Counted from the stretch's first letter, positions 29,336 to 40,461 are shown. The stretch is 64,000 nucleotides of DNA from an uncultured Granulosicoccaceae bacterium (GCA_937925815.1 CALAMQ010000025.1:6354-70353); one strand, 5' to 3'. Translations and numbers: made by a program. The notes: a model not told the origin generated them from the letters alone.

Positions 29336-31021
29336 TCAGGCTGTTGCGCGGGTGATTTGGATCTGCTGACCGGCCACCCGCACTTTCTTGAGGTGCTTGA
29401 GAATGGCCTTTGGCATGCCTTCTGGCAAGTCGATAAAGGTGTGGTCGTGATTGATGGCGATGCGACCGATATTCTTGCTGTTCAATCCCGCTTCATTGGC
29501 TATGGCGCCAACAATGTTGCCCGGCTTGACGCGGTGTTTTGCGCCAACTTCCAAGCGGTAGGTGGTGAGATCTTCGTCGTTGTGTGCACGGCGTGATCCA
29601 GGCTTGCGGTTTTCTTTTTGAGCCTGTCGCTCATTAAAGTGCGCGCTGGATTTGGCGTGGCTGGCGCCACGTTCTTCTCGTTTGGGTCGCGGTTTCTTCG
29701 GTGAATCCTTTGCGAGAAAGGGCCGTTCGCCTTGCAGTTGCGTGGCAATAGCGGCTGCTGCATCAATCGGGTCTAAGCCGTGCTCGACTTGCATTTCTTC
29801 AACGAGCTGCTTGAAAAAGCTGATGTCTGTGTCCTGCGACGTCTTGAGCACGCTGTCTTTAAACACTTTGACGCGGTGCTTATTGATTGCGCGCGCGTCG
29901 GGCATTTCCATCCAATCAATTTTTTGTCGGGTGGCGCGTTCGAGGGTTTGCACGACGCGTCGCTCACGCGGCGCGACAAACAAGATGGCGTCGCCTTCTC
30001 GACCGGCACGTCCAGTTCGACCAATGCGGTGGATGTAAGTCTCGGCGTTGGTCGGCGCATCGTAGTTGATGACATGGCTGATGCGCTCAACATCGAGTCC
30101 TCGAGCCGCGACGTCCGTTGCAACGACAACGTCGATTTTTCCAACCTTCAGGTGCTCTACCGTGCGCTCACGCAGTGCTTGATCAACATCGCCGCTCAGT
30201 GCCGCCGCTCTAAAGCCGCGTGATTGCAACATCTCAGTGACTTCGACAGTGCTCGCCTTGGTGCGCACGAAGACAATGACCCCGTCCACCGACTCGACTT
30301 CAAACAAGCGAGCCAGCGCTTCGTTTTTGACGCCCATGCCCGGTGCTTCGAGCACCCGCTGGCGAACGCCAACGGCGGTGCGGGTTTTGGCTTTGATCGT
30401 AATTTGCGCTGGGTCAACCAAGTGACGTTTGGCGATACGACGAATCGGGTCCGGCATGGTCGCTGAGAACAACGCCAGTTGCCGGCCCTTTGGACTTTGT
30501 TCGAGGATCCACTCGACATCGTCAATGAAGCCCATTCGCAACATTTCATCAGCCTCGTCCAAAACGAGGGCTGCGAGCGAATCGAGCGGTAGGCTGTTGC
30601 GACGCATGTGATCCATTACACGGCCAGGCGTGCCCACCACGACCTGTGCGCCCGCGCGCAAGGCGTCGAGCTGAGGGCGATAGGACTGGCCACCGCACAG
30701 GGTGGCCACGCGCAAGTTGCCAACGGCTGTTGCGTATTGGGAGAATGCCTCGGCGACTTGATTGGCCAGTTCGCGGGTGGGTGCGAGCACCAGAACTTGA
30801 GGTTTGCGCACCTTGGGGTCGATCCCGGCGAGCGTCGGCAGCGCGAAGGCCGCGGTCTTGCCGGTGCCTGTCTGAGCCTGTCCGACGATATCGCGACCGT
30901 TGAGCAGCGCGGGGATGGCTTCCGCTTGAATAGGCGTGGGCGTCTCGTAGCCCAGAGAGGCGAGAGATTGGGTGATGGCGTCGGGCAACCCGAGGTCAGC
31001 AAAGCTTGGCGTGGTAGTCAT
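29336..31021 (-). CDS. deaD: DEAD-box RNA helicase DeaD/CsdA
   Basis: Q motif, AQTGTGKT, PTRELA, DEAD, SAT and HRIGRTGRAG; C-terminal DbpA-type domain (KPGNIVGAIANE). Confidence 0.93.
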   Translation of the reverse strand: MTTTPSFADLGLPDAITQSLASLGYETPTPIQAEAIPALLNGRDIVGQAQTGTGKTAAFALPTLAGIDPKVRKPQVLVLAPTRELANQVAEAFSQYATAVGNLRVATLCGGQSYRPQLDALRAGAQVVVGTPGRVMDHMRRNSLPLDSLAALVLDEADEMLRMGFIDDVEWILEQSPKGRQLALFSATMPDPIRRIAKRHLVDPAQITIKAKTRTAVGVRQRVLEAPGMGVKNEALARLFEVESVDGVIVFVRTKASTVEVTEMLQSRGFRAAALSGDVDQALRERTVEHLKVGKIDVVVATDVAARGLDVERISHVINYDAPTNAETYIHRIGRTGRAGREGDAILFVAPRERRVVQTLERATRQKIDWMEMPDARAINKHRVKVFKDSVLKTSQDTDISFFKQLVEEMQVEHGLDPIDAAAAIATQLQGERPFLAKDSPKKPRPKREERGASHAKSSAHFNERQAQKENRKPGSRRAHNDEDLTTYRLEVGAKHRVKPGNIVGAIANEAGLNSKNIGRIAINHDHTFIDLPEGMPKAILKHLKKVRVAGQQIQITRATA

Positions 31022-31239
31022 GGCTCGTGATTCGTGAGGCGCGCCGGGCGGCGGTGTAGTAACCACAGGGCGGGCAAAACAATCAAGTATACCGTGATTA
31101 TTCAGGTCGGCGTTGCATTTGACGTGCGTTGTGACTTGGTTCGCAACACAATAGCGCCATCCTGAAGCCGCCATTTTGCTCGGATCGCAGTTGGCGGCAC
31201 GCAGCTTACGCGTTGAAAGTGTGTGCCTGGAGACTGGAC

Positions 31240-32220
31240 ATGGAGAGAGCGGTAGTGCGTTGGGGAATTGTCGGTTGCGGCGCTGTCACCGAGGTCAAAA
31301 GCGGCCCTGCATATCACATTACAACGGGGTTCACACTCGATGCGGTGATGCGCCGCACGGCCGAGAAGGCTAAAGATTACGCCAAACGTCACGGCGTGGC
31401 GCGGTGGTACAGCGATGCCGCAGAGCTTATTGACGACCCCGATATCGACGCGGTGTACATCGCGACCCCGCCGGCCAGCCACTGTGAACTGGCGTTGAGG
31501 GTTGCCGCCGCGGGCAAGCCGTGCTGCGTTGAGAAGCCAATGGCCAACACCGTCGAAGAGTGCGAGCGCATGAATGCCGCGTTTGAGGCCGCTGGTTGTC
31601 CGCTCTTTGTGGCGTATTACCGCCGCTCGCTGCCGCGTTTTGAGCGCGTCGTCAAATGGCTCAGCGAGGGGGCGATTGGCGATGTTCAGCACGTCAGCTG
31701 GCGTTTGGTACGGCCGCCGTCGATGCGCGACCTCGCCGGTGGTGTGAACTGGCGGACCGATCCAGTGCAAGCGCCCGGCGGGTACTTCGATGACCTGGCA
31801 AGCCACGGACTCGACTTGCTCGATTTCTTGCTCGGCCCCATCCATTCACCGCTGGGTCACGCGCTCAATCAGAGGGGATTGTACGGGGCTGTTGATGCGG
31901 TCACCGCGACATGGCGCCACCGCAAGACCATTACCGGATCGGGTGCGTGGCATTTTGGTGGAGCCTCGTCGGAAGATGAAGTCGTAATCTACGGCAGTCT
32001 TGGTCAGATCCGGTTTGCGGTGTTCGGCGAGCAACCAGTGGTCCTTGAGGCGGCGTGCCGACGGGAGTCACCGCTGATAGAAAACCCCGATACGATCCAA
32101 CTGCCACACGTTCAGAACATGGCGAGGGCGTTGCTCGGGGAGGCCGGTCATCCCTCCACTGGGGTGTCCGCTATCCGAACGGCACGGGTCATGGCGTCTT
32201 TAGTTGGGTCGCCCAGCTGA
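31240..32220 (+). CDS. Gfo/Idh/MocA family oxidoreductase
   Basis: WGIVGCG, YIATPP, EKPM, AYYRR and DLASHGLDL motifs. Confidence 0.92.
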   Translation: MERAVVRWGIVGCGAVTEVKSGPAYHITTGFTLDAVMRRTAEKAKDYAKRHGVARWYSDAAELIDDPDIDAVYIATPPASHCELALRVAAAGKPCCVEKPMANTVEECERMNAAFEAAGCPLFVAYYRRSLPRFERVVKWLSEGAIGDVQHVSWRLVRPPSMRDLAGGVNWRTDPVQAPGGYFDDLASHGLDLLDFLLGPIHSPLGHALNQRGLYGAVDAVTATWRHRKTITGSGAWHFGGASSEDEVVIYGSLGQIRFAVFGEQPVVLEAACRRESPLIENPDTIQLPHVQNMARALLGEAGHPSTGVSAIRTARVMASLVGSPS

Positions 32221-32407
32221 GGGTTGAGGTGCTGTCAGGTCCCAATATGCTGTGATTTCGACGGTGTTTTTGAAAAAAATTGCTCTCAATATACCCGGCT
32301 GGTCATTTGTGCGTTATGATTGCGAGTTCGCCGGACCAAAGGTGAGTTTAGATGCCTTGCATCGAAATCCCGGGTTCGTTCATCCCTAGCCGGATAGCTA
32401 AACGATT

Positions 32408-32671
32408 ATGGTTACGATTCGTCTCTCTCGTGGCGGAGCCAAGAAAAAGCCCTTTTATCAAGTGGTTGTCACTGACAGCCGCAACCGCCGTGATGGCCGG
32501 TACATCGAGCGTGTGGGTTACTTCAACCCGTGCGCGTCAGGTTCAGCCGAGCGCTTGAACCTCAAGATTGACCGCGTTGATCACTGGGTTGGAAACGGCG
32601 CGCAGCTGTCTGACCGTGTCGCGAGCTTGGTCAAAGAACACAAGAAGACCGCTGCAGCCAGCGCTGCTTAA
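32408..32671 (+). CDS. rpsP: 30S ribosomal protein S16
   Basis: [17 protein letters not shown]...DSR.RRDGR.IE. Confidence 0.98.
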   Translation: MVTIRLSRGGAKKKPFYQVVVTDSRNRRDGRYIERVGYFNPCASGSAERLNLKIDRVDHWVGNGAQLSDRVASLVKEHKKTAAASAA

Positions 32672-32677
32672 TTGCCT

Positions 32678-33190
32678 GTGAGTGCCCCGCACGATCCCGT
32701 CCGTTTCGGGAAACTGACGGGGCACTACGGTGTTAAGGGTTGGTTCAAGGTATACGCGTATACCCGTCCGCTCGAAGCTGTGCTCGATTACCGCCAGTGG
32801 TGGATTGAGAACGCAACAGGCTGGCGAGTCCTTGAAGTTGAAGCGGCACGGGTGCACGGCAAGGGCGTAATCGCCCGGATCGCCGGCATCAATGACCGCG
32901 AGACAGCTGAGCCATTGCTCGGTTCTGCGTTCTTCGTCCAGCGCGGCGATATGCCAGCAGCGGAGAAGGGCAGTTACTACTGGGCGGACCTTATCGGGTT
33001 GACTGTGGTCAATCTGGAAGGGGAGTCACTCGGGCAAATTGACCATTTGTTCGAGACGGGCGCCAATGATGTGATCGTGGTGCGCGAGGGCAGCAAGGAA
33101 CGGTTGATTCCTTGGTTGAGGCCCGATGTGGTCAAGGATATCGACCTGGTCGGCAGTCGCATGACTGTTGATTGGGACAGTGATTTTTAG
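32678..33190 (+). CDS. rimM: Ribosome maturation factor RimM
   Basis: YGVKGW, YYWADLIG, ETGANDV and DWDSDF motifs; start either TTG 32672 or GTG 32678. Confidence 0.96.
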   Translation: MSAPHDPVRFGKLTGHYGVKGWFKVYAYTRPLEAVLDYRQWWIENATGWRVLEVEAARVHGKGVIARIAGINDRETAEPLLGSAFFVQRGDMPAAEKGSYYWADLIGLTVVNLEGESLGQIDHLFETGANDVIVVREGSKERLIPWLRPDVVKDIDLVGSRMTVDWDSDF

Positions 33191-33193
33191 CCG

Positions 33194-33928
33194 GTGCAGA
33201 TTGACGTAGTCACGCTGTTTCCGGAGCTGGTCGGTGCGATTGGCGAGTGGGGTGTGGTGGGTCGCGCGGTTCAACAGGGCCGTTTGACGTTGACCACACA
33301 CAACCCCCGCGATCGGGCCACGGACCGACACCGGACGGTGGATGAACGTCCGTTTGGCGGCGGTCCAGGCATGGTGATGCAGGCCGAGCCGTTGGCGGCG
33401 TGTGTTGAGCCGCTCAAATTGCGCGGTGTGCCGGTGGTGTACCTCAGCCCGCAGGGCAAGGCATTTGACCAGGCAATGGCTGCGCGTTTTGCGGAATTGC
33501 CCGGCTTGGCGTTGGTATGCGGTCGGTACGAAGGTGTCGATGAGCGGTTCATCGACGAAGTGGTTGATGAAGAAGTATCGGTGGGCGATTTCGTCCTCTC
33601 GGGTGGTGAGCCCGCAGCGATGGTAGTGATTGACGCCGTCGCGCGCTTGCTGGAGGGGACGCTTGGTCACCAGGAGTCGGCAGCGCAGGACTCGTTTTCG
33701 GACGGCCTGCTAGACTGCCCGCATTACACCCGGCCGGATGTGTGGCGCGGGCGCGAGGTGCCAGCGGTGTTGCGCTCTGGTGATCACGCTGCAATTGCGG
33801 CGTGGCGTCGTCAGCAGGCGCTGGGCCGGACGGCGACGCGGCGGCCTGATTTGCTTGAGGCGCACGCACTCGGCAAAAAAGATAAGGCATTGTTGCAAGC
33901 GTTTTTTGCAGCAATGGAAGACGATTAA
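33194..33928 (+). CDS. trmD: tRNA (guanine37-N1)-methyltransferase
   Basis: [36 protein letters not shown] and PHYTRP motifs. Confidence 0.98.
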   Translation: MQIDVVTLFPELVGAIGEWGVVGRAVQQGRLTLTTHNPRDRATDRHRTVDERPFGGGPGMVMQAEPLAACVEPLKLRGVPVVYLSPQGKAFDQAMAARFAELPGLALVCGRYEGVDERFIDEVVDEEVSVGDFVLSGGEPAAMVVIDAVARLLEGTLGHQESAAQDSFSDGLLDCPHYTRPDVWRGREVPAVLRSGDHAAIAAWRRQQALGRTATRRPDLLEAHALGKKDKALLQAFFAAMEDD

Positions 33929-33978
33929 CGGGGACCTGTGCTGTGCACGGTCTTGATTTATATTCGGAGCAGACGGCC

Positions 33979-34326
33979 ATGGCCAACATCATCGACGTCC
34001 TGAATCAGGAACAACTCAAACAAGACGTGCCAACATTCGGCCCTGGCGACACGGTCGTGGTGCAAGTGAAAGTGCGCGAGGGCGGCCGCGAGCGTCTGCA
34101 GGCCTTTGAAGGCGTTGTGATCGCGAAGAAGAACCGGGGTCTGCACTCTGCGTTCACTGTGCGCAAGATGTCTCACGGCGAAGGCGTGGAGCGTGTGTTC
34201 CAGCTGCACAGCCCGCTGGTTGCCAACATCGAAGTCAAGCGCCGCGGTGACGTGCGCCAGGCGAAGCTCTACTACCTGCGTGACCGTCAGGGCCGCTCGG
34301 CTCGAATCAAAGAAAAGCTCGGCTAA
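33979..34326 (+). CDS. rplS: 50S ribosomal protein L19
   Basis: [19 protein letters not shown] and [12 protein letters not shown] motifs. Confidence 0.98.
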   Translation: MANIIDVLNQEQLKQDVPTFGPGDTVVVQVKVREGGRERLQAFEGVVIAKKNRGLHSAFTVRKMSHGEGVERVFQLHSPLVANIEVKRRGDVRQAKLYYLRDRQGRSARIKEKLG

Positions 34327-34344
34327 GACCCGACGCTCTTCGAG

Positions 34345-34371
34345 AAAAGCGGCCTTGCGGCCGCTTTTTTT
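34345..34371 (+). terminator. Rho-independent terminator of the rpsP operon
   Basis: AAAAGCGGCC-TTGC-GGCCGC followed by T7. Confidence 0.9.
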
Positions 34372-34447
34372 GTGGGCAATGGAAAGGCTCGGTGAGCGGC
34401 GAAAACCCCGATGCTGTCACCCGCGAACCCGGCCGTGCTGGACAGTG

Positions 34448-34475
34448 CTTGAAATCCACGGCCGCCACCCCACAT
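34448..34475 (+). promoter_or_regulatory. Sigma32 (RpoH) heat-shock promoter of htpG
   Basis: CTTGAAA-N13-CCCCACAT matches the RpoH consensus, 60 bp upstream of htpG. Confidence 0.8.
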
Positions 34476-34535
34476 TCAGCGCATCAGTAATCGGCGCGTT
34501 AGCGCCGCCCACAACAGCAAAGAGACACCAGTGCC

Positions 34536-36449
34536 ATGACAACGGACGCGCCAACTGCCGAGACACACGAGTTTCAAACTGAAGTCAAACAGCTACTTCA
34601 GCTGATGATTCACTCGCTGTATTCGAACAAAGATATTTTCCTGCGCGAGCTGATCTCCAACGCCTCCGACGCCTGCGACAAGCTTCGCTTTGAGGCACTC
34701 GCGGACGGCAGTCTGCTCGCCGAGGACAGTGAATTGCGCATTGATGTTGCGCTAGACAGCGATGCGGGCACCGTGACTGTGCGCGACAACGGCATCGGCA
34801 TGAGTCGCGAAGAGGTGATCGCTAACATCGGCACCATCGCGCGCTCGGGTACGCGACAGTTTCTCGACTCGATGACTGGCGACCAAAAGCAAGACAGCAA
34901 CTTGATTGGTCAGTTTGGTGTCGGGTTTTACTCGGCATTCGTGGTGGCTGAGCGGGTCGAGTTGACCACCCGCCGCGCAGGTGACGCCACCGCGCTGCGC
35001 TGGAGCTCTGATGGCAGCGGCTCGTACACTCTTGAGGATGTCGAGAGCCAAGCGCGTGGCACAGAAGTGGTTTTGCACCTGCGCGAGGACGATAAAGAAT
35101 TTGCCAACGATTGGCGATTGCGCTCGCTGATCAAGAAGTACAGCGATCACGTCACTTTTCCGATCCGCATGCTCGAGCAACAAATGGACGCGGACGACAG
35201 CGAAGACGGCGACGATACCCCGCCGGCCGATCCGCAGTGGGAGACAGTCAATTCCTCGTCGGCGCTGTGGGCGCGCAGCAAGAGCGAGATCGAAGACGAC
35301 GAATACAAAGCGTTTTACAAGCAAGTGTGCACCGACTACGAGGACCCTTTGGTCTGGTCGCACAACCGGGTTGAGGGCAAGTACGAATACACCAGCTTGC
35401 TCTACGTGCCAAAGCGCGCACCGTTTGACCTCTACGAGCGCGAGCAAACCCAGGGCGTTCGGTTGTATGTGCAGCGGGTGTTCATCATGGACGACCCGGA
35501 CAAACTCATGCCGCGCTACCTGCGCTTTGTGCGCGGTGTGGTCGATTCAAGCGATCTACCACTCAACGTGTCGCGTGAAATTTTGCAAAGTAACAAAGTG
35601 CTCGATGCGATCCGCAACGGCTCGGTCAAGAAGGTTCTCGGGTTGCTCGAATCGTTGGCAGAAGACGAGCCCGAGACCTATGCCGAGTTTTGGGAGCAGT
35701 TTGGTCGCGCGTTGAAAGAAGGCCCAGGGGAAGACTTTGGCAACCGCGAGCAGATTGCCAAGCTGTTGCGCTTTGCCTCAACCCACAGCGACACAGACAC
35801 CCAAAGCGTGTCACTTGCAGATTACATCGGCCGTATGGCCGAGGGCCAAGACAAGATTTATTACGTCACCGCCGACACCTTTGCGGCTGCCAAGAACAGC
35901 CCCCACCTCGAGTTACTTCGCAAGAAGGGCATTGAGGTGTTGTTGATGTTCGACCGCGTGGACGAGTGGCTGATGTCACACATGCACGAGTTTGAAGGCA
36001 AGCGCTTTGTGTCAGCTGCAAAAGGCGATCTCGGCCTTGATGACGCGGTGGATGAGGACGAGAAGAAAGCGCAAGCCGAGACTGAGGAGAAATCCAAAGG
36101 ACTCGTCGAACGCATCAAGACGGCGCTTGGCGACCGGGTTGAGGAAGTCAAAGTGTCAAACCGTTTGACCAGTTCACCGGCGTGTCTGGTACTCGGTGAG
36201 CAGGAGATGGCGTTGCACATGCAACAGCTGCTCAAGCAGGCAGGTCACGACGTGCCAAGCAGTAAACCTGTGCTCGAGATCAACCCCGAGCACGCGGTCG
36301 TGCAGCGCATGGACAACGAGCCCGACGAAGACCGGTTCGCCGATTGGGTGAGCCTGTTGTACGATCAAGCCGTTCTCGCCGAAGGCGGTGTGCTCGACGA
36401 TGGCGCGGGCTTCGTGCGTCGCCTCAATGACATGTTGTTGTCAGGCTGA
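34536..36449 (+). CDS. htpG: Chaperone HtpG (Hsp90)
   Basis: [34 protein letters not shown] and [11 protein letters not shown] motifs. Confidence 0.98.
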   Translation: MTTDAPTAETHEFQTEVKQLLQLMIHSLYSNKDIFLRELISNASDACDKLRFEALADGSLLAEDSELRIDVALDSDAGTVTVRDNGIGMSREEVIANIGTIARSGTRQFLDSMTGDQKQDSNLIGQFGVGFYSAFVVAERVELTTRRAGDATALRWSSDGSGSYTLEDVESQARGTEVVLHLREDDKEFANDWRLRSLIKKYSDHVTFPIRMLEQQMDADDSEDGDDTPPADPQWETVNSSSALWARSKSEIEDDEYKAFYKQVCTDYEDPLVWSHNRVEGKYEYTSLLYVPKRAPFDLYEREQTQGVRLYVQRVFIMDDPDKLMPRYLRFVRGVVDSSDLPLNVSREILQSNKVLDAIRNGSVKKVLGLLESLAEDEPETYAEFWEQFGRALKEGPGEDFGNREQIAKLLRFASTHSDTDTQSVSLADYIGRMAEGQDKIYYVTADTFAAAKNSPHLELLRKKGIEVLLMFDRVDEWLMSHMHEFEGKRFVSAAKGDLGLDDAVDEDEKKAQAETEEKSKGLVERIKTALGDRVEEVKVSNRLTSSPACLVLGEQEMALHMQQLLKQAGHDVPSSKPVLEINPEHAVVQRMDNEPDEDRFADWVSLLYDQAVLAEGGVLDDGAGFVRRLNDMLLSG

Positions 36450-36574
36450 CAGCAGCTCAGCGGTATTGACGCCTGTGTGTGCGGCTTTTGACGTGCACAC
36501 AGATCTCGGCTGCGAGAGGGTTTGCGCAGGCGTGCGGCGTGAGCCAACCGGCAAGCGACGGAGCCAAACCGGGG

Positions 36575-39424
36575 TTATGCCGGTTCGGCTTGCTTGAGTA
36601 TCAGCGCCTCAGCGGGCTTGGGTTCTGAGATCAGGTGGCCCTGGGCGTAGTCGATGCCGAGTTTGCGCACGGCGTGCAGGGTTTCGCGGTTCTCGACAAA
36701 TTCCGCAATCGTTGGGAGTTGCAAGCGCGTCCCCACCTGGTGAATTTGCTCGACGATGCTCCTGTCCACGGGGTTGCTCACCATGTCTTTGACAAAACTG
36801 CCGTCAATTTTGAGGTAATCGACCGGCAGGTGTTTGAGGTAGGTGAACGAGGACAGGCCACTGCCGAAATCATCGAGGGCAAAGCGACAGCCGCGGTCGC
36901 GCAACGACAGTATGATGTGCCGCGCGACGTCGAGGTCGACGATAGCCTCGGTTTCCGTGATTTCAAAGCACAGTGTGTTGTTGGCAAAATCGTGGCGGTT
37001 CATCTCACCTGAGATGTACTCGAGTAGGGTTGGATCGCTCAGCGACGAGCCCGACAGATTGATACCTAATTCGAACCCGCGTTCATGGCGCGCGCGCCCA
37101 GCGAGGTTGAGCGCGCTGCGGATCACCCAGCGGTCAATTTTCCCGGTTAAGCCGTAGCGTTCGGCGGCGCCGAGAAATCGTCCGGGGCTGATCGCATTGC
37201 CGTCGGGGTCGAGCATGCGCAGCAAGAGCTCGTAGTGTTGTTTGGCGCCCGCACGCGCGCGCGCATTGATTGGTGCAATCGGTTGCGCGTAGAGGCAGAA
37301 GCGGTCGTGTTCGAGCGCGTGGTTGAGCACGTTCACCATCTGCATGGCGCCGTGTTTGCGCGCTGCTTCTGAATCTCCGCTGCTGTAGATGAAGACATCG
37401 TAGTGAGGCGAGTCTTTGGCGGTATGGCAGGCGACGTCCGCGCGTTGCATGAGCTCCATAGCGCTGGTGGCATCCGGCAGCACGGGTGCGATGCCGATGC
37501 ATGCACGAACGTCGTAGCGCTTGCCGCTCCAGGAAAATTTGAAATTGGCGAGTTCGGTGATGATGTTGTTCGCAATTTCCTCTGCACGCACGAGATCGGT
37601 ACTGCGCAGTAACACGCCGAATTCGTCGCCGCCGAGCCGGCCCAGCTCATCATGCGCGAGCAGGTGACGCTGGATGAGCGGGGCCACTTGGGTGAGCAGC
37701 GCGTCGCCTGCGAAATGGCCGACACCGTCGTTGATCAATTTGAAATCATCGAGATCAACGTGCATTAGCACTTGGTCTTGGCCGTCGTTCTGCACATTGC
37801 GCAAGGCGCTTTCGATGGTGCTGATAAACGCTTGGCGGTTGATCAACGCGGTCACCGGGTCGTGCGTTGCTTGGTGCATCAATTGATCGGTGATGCGGTG
37901 TTGCAGCGTCACGTCGGTGAGTGTCACAGCGGCGCCAAGCGGAGTGCCGCTGCGGTCGAGCACGCTGCTGAGAGTCAGGTGCACGCGGCGCTCACTTTGC
38001 CGCGCTGCGGTGGACGGCTTTTGAGTCTGGTCAGGTGAATGACCTACGTCTGCTGCGACATCGAGAAAGCAGTCGACCTGGATGCTCGGCACAGCCCGAT
38101 TGAGGTAGACGTGCAGGTCGAAGGGTTGGCCGGTGCTCGCGTCGCGAAGGTTACAGGCTTCAACCAGAGGTAAGTCGATCGCGTGCGCCAGCGGAGTGCC
38201 AATCAGGCGCTCAGCTGCTGGGTTCATGTGGCGGATGCCGCCGCTGGTGTCGAGTGAAATCACCGCTTCACCGATTGCACGCAGTGTTTGCAGTGCGCGC
38301 TGCTCTTGGCTGGTCGGCAGTGTGCTGAGGCTGTCGCTGCCGAGTGCCGTGTCAATCACAACACTGGCGTAGCCCGTGATGTGCTCGCCGTCGAACAATG
38401 GGCTGCCCAGAAAATAACAATTAATACGCTGACCGTTGCGCTCGATGGCCAACGAACGCACAACCACTGTGGCGCGCCGCCGCACTTCGTGTTCCGCTGC
38501 GTGCAGGGCTTCGACCGCGCTGGGCAACAGCGTTGCGTCTTCTTCGATTCCGTCGAGCTGGGTGCAGTCCTCGTCATCGCAATCGGCAAACAGGATGCGG
38601 AAGCTGTCATTGCTCTCGAGCAGGTTGCCCCGTTCATCACGCAGTGCAACGGCCGCAGGCAGGCTGGCAAGATTGGCGACGAGATCGTTTGGCACGCCCG
38701 CACGGTCACTGTTTGCGAGGTGATGGAGAGCGCCAACCAGGGCTGCAGTCTCCGCGGCGGCGGCTTGGCCTGCGTTGTCTATTTCAACGTGATCAAAAAA
38801 TGCGCTGAGCCACCCGATTGGTTGGCCGTTTGGCGAGATCACCGGCACGCTCATGCCGGCCACAGCGCCAGTTGCCGCGATTTGCGTGACCGCAGGCAGC
38901 GGTGCGCGGTCCGCGTTGTAGAGGCGAATCTCGTTTGAAGGCGGGGGCAGCGAGAAAGTCAGCGTGTTGTTCGGTGTCTTGACGTTTTGCCAGACGGCTT
39001 TGAGCTCAGCCTCCTGCCCCTCATCGCTGATGTGAATGCAAACGACCCGTGCGCCGATCCGAACGCTTAGCGCGTGACACAACCCCGCCCAATGGCCAAG
39101 AGCGCGGTCTGGGCGCGGCTCAGATTGCGTTTGCGTCGCGGGCGGTGTCTGCCGGCGGCGGCGCATCAGTGCCGTGAGCACGGCTCCCGCGACCAGCCCT
39201 AACACCAGCGCTGCAGCTACGTCTGCAGAAATAAAGGTGTTGTTGAGCGCGGCGACGCCCGGTGTGGCGTCGGTGTTGGCGGCTGCGCGTGTCGACATCC
39301 CAGTCAGTGCGGCCCCAATTGTGCTCAGCATGGTGGTGATTCTGAACAAGCGCGTCCTGCTCCAAGAGGGTGTCATTGTGTGATGGCTCCCCGAGCTTGG
39401 GCAGTCGCGTGCGAGTGGCCGCAT
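36575..39424 (-). CDS. Membrane-anchored PAS-GGDEF-EAL c-di-GMP enzyme
   Basis: N-terminal TM; PAS-like regions; intact RLGGDEF; ELL, EITE, DDFGSG and KIDGSF EAL motifs; start uncertain. Confidence 0.92.
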   Translation of the reverse strand: MRPLARDCPSSGSHHTMTPSWSRTRLFRITTMLSTIGAALTGMSTRAAANTDATPGVAALNNTFISADVAAALVLGLVAGAVLTALMRRRRQTPPATQTQSEPRPDRALGHWAGLCHALSVRIGARVVCIHISDEGQEAELKAVWQNVKTPNNTLTFSLPPPSNEIRLYNADRAPLPAVTQIAATGAVAGMSVPVISPNGQPIGWLSAFFDHVEIDNAGQAAAAETAALVGALHHLANSDRAGVPNDLVANLASLPAAVALRDERGNLLESNDSFRILFADCDDEDCTQLDGIEEDATLLPSAVEALHAAEHEVRRRATVVVRSLAIERNGQRINCYFLGSPLFDGEHITGYASVVIDTALGSDSLSTLPTSQEQRALQTLRAIGEAVISLDTSGGIRHMNPAAERLIGTPLAHAIDLPLVEACNLRDASTGQPFDLHVYLNRAVPSIQVDCFLDVAADVGHSPDQTQKPSTAARQSERRVHLTLSSVLDRSGTPLGAAVTLTDVTLQHRITDQLMHQATHDPVTALINRQAFISTIESALRNVQNDGQDQVLMHVDLDDFKLINDGVGHFAGDALLTQVAPLIQRHLLAHDELGRLGGDEFGVLLRSTDLVRAEEIANNIITELANFKFSWSGKRYDVRACIGIAPVLPDATSAMELMQRADVACHTAKDSPHYDVFIYSSGDSEAARKHGAMQMVNVLNHALEHDRFCLYAQPIAPINARARAGAKQHYELLLRMLDPDGNAISPGRFLGAAERYGLTGKIDRWVIRSALNLAGRARHERGFELGINLSGSSLSDPTLLEYISGEMNRHDFANNTLCFEITETEAIVDLDVARHIILSLRDRGCRFALDDFGSGLSSFTYLKHLPVDYLKIDGSFVKDMVSNPVDRSIVEQIHQVGTRLQLPTIAEFVENRETLHAVRKLGIDYAQGHLISEPKPAEALILKQAEPA

Positions 39425-39719
39425 GGTGCAGCCAGAACTCTGGGCGGTGTGCGGGCATCATCGCGCCACATATTTGGCTCGATTGCATTGCACGCCTGCT
39501 CTATAATTGCGCTGAGTTGGACCCGTCCACAGTGCGTGGAGGATAACGGATTTGGCCTCAGTGGTCACCCGTTAGCCCTTTGGCACCAGCTTTAGGGCTG
39601 GCAGCTGTACTTGTATTGGACAGGTCGTATTGCCGCTCGCATCAGAGCGCTGAATTACTGACGGCACGGGCGCATGCCCGTGGCGACTGCGTGTTTGAAA
39701 TCCGAATTGGAACCTCACC

Positions 39720-40034
39720 ATGAAAAAATCCATGCTTGCATTGGCCGCGGTGTCGCTGCTGACCGCTGGCGGTGCGTTGGCAGCTGACCCTGTCGCTGGC
39801 AAGGTCAAGTTTGAAACCTGTCTCGGTTGCCACGGCAACAGTAAATGGGTCAACACCTACCCAACCTACCTGGTCCCCAAGCTTGCTGGTCAGCACGCTG
39901 ATTATCTCGTCTCCTCGCTCAAAGCCTACCGCGACGGTTCACGCACGCACGCCACCATGCAAGCCAATGCGGGTGCGTTGACCGATGAAGACATCGCGGA
40001 TATCGCAGCGTTCTTGTCTGAACTGAAACCTTGA
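39720..40034 (+). CDS. Monoheme cytochrome c (c553/c4-like)
   Basis: Signal peptide, CLGCH, PKLAGQ and distal Met. Confidence 0.93.
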   Translation: MKKSMLALAAVSLLTAGGALAADPVAGKVKFETCLGCHGNSKWVNTYPTYLVPKLAGQHADYLVSSLKAYRDGSRTHATMQANAGALTDEDIADIAAFLSELKP

Positions 40035-40048
40035 ATCGAGCCATTGCC

Positions 40049-40381
40049 ATGAAAACTCTTTTGCAAACATCCGCACTGGCTTTGACCCTCGTCTCGGGTT
40101 TGTCCGTAGCCGCCGGTGATATCACGCGAGGCCAGGAGCTCTCCGCAAGTTGCGCCGCGTGTCACGGTGCGGATGGCAACAGCACCATCCCCGCGAACCC
40201 CAAGCTCGCGGGTCAGTACGACAGCTATCTCGTTTTTGTGCTCAAAGCCTACCGCGACGGCAGCCGTGAAAACGCGCTGATGAACGGGATGGCAGCCAAC
40301 CTCAGCGATCAAGACATCGCCGACCTTGCGGCCTACTTCTCGTCGCAGACACCGTCTTTGGGTGTCGTGCCGAAAAACTGA
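40049..40381 (+). CDS. Monoheme cytochrome c (c553/c4-like)
   Basis: Signal peptide, CAACH, PKLAGQ and distal Met. Confidence 0.93.
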   Translation: MKTLLQTSALALTLVSGLSVAAGDITRGQELSASCAACHGADGNSTIPANPKLAGQYDSYLVFVLKAYRDGSRENALMNGMAANLSDQDIADLAAYFSSQTPSLGVVPKN

Positions 40382-40400
40382 CCGCAGCACGCGGAATACG

Positions 40401-40431
40401 AAAAAGGCCGCGATTTCTCGCGGCCTTTTTT
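40401..40431. terminator. Bidirectional rho-independent terminator
   Basis: AAAAAGGCCGCGA-TTTC-TCGCGGCC followed by T6, between convergent genes. Confidence 0.88.
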
Positions 40432-40461
40432 ATGGAGAAGCAGCACGGCCTAAATTGAAGG

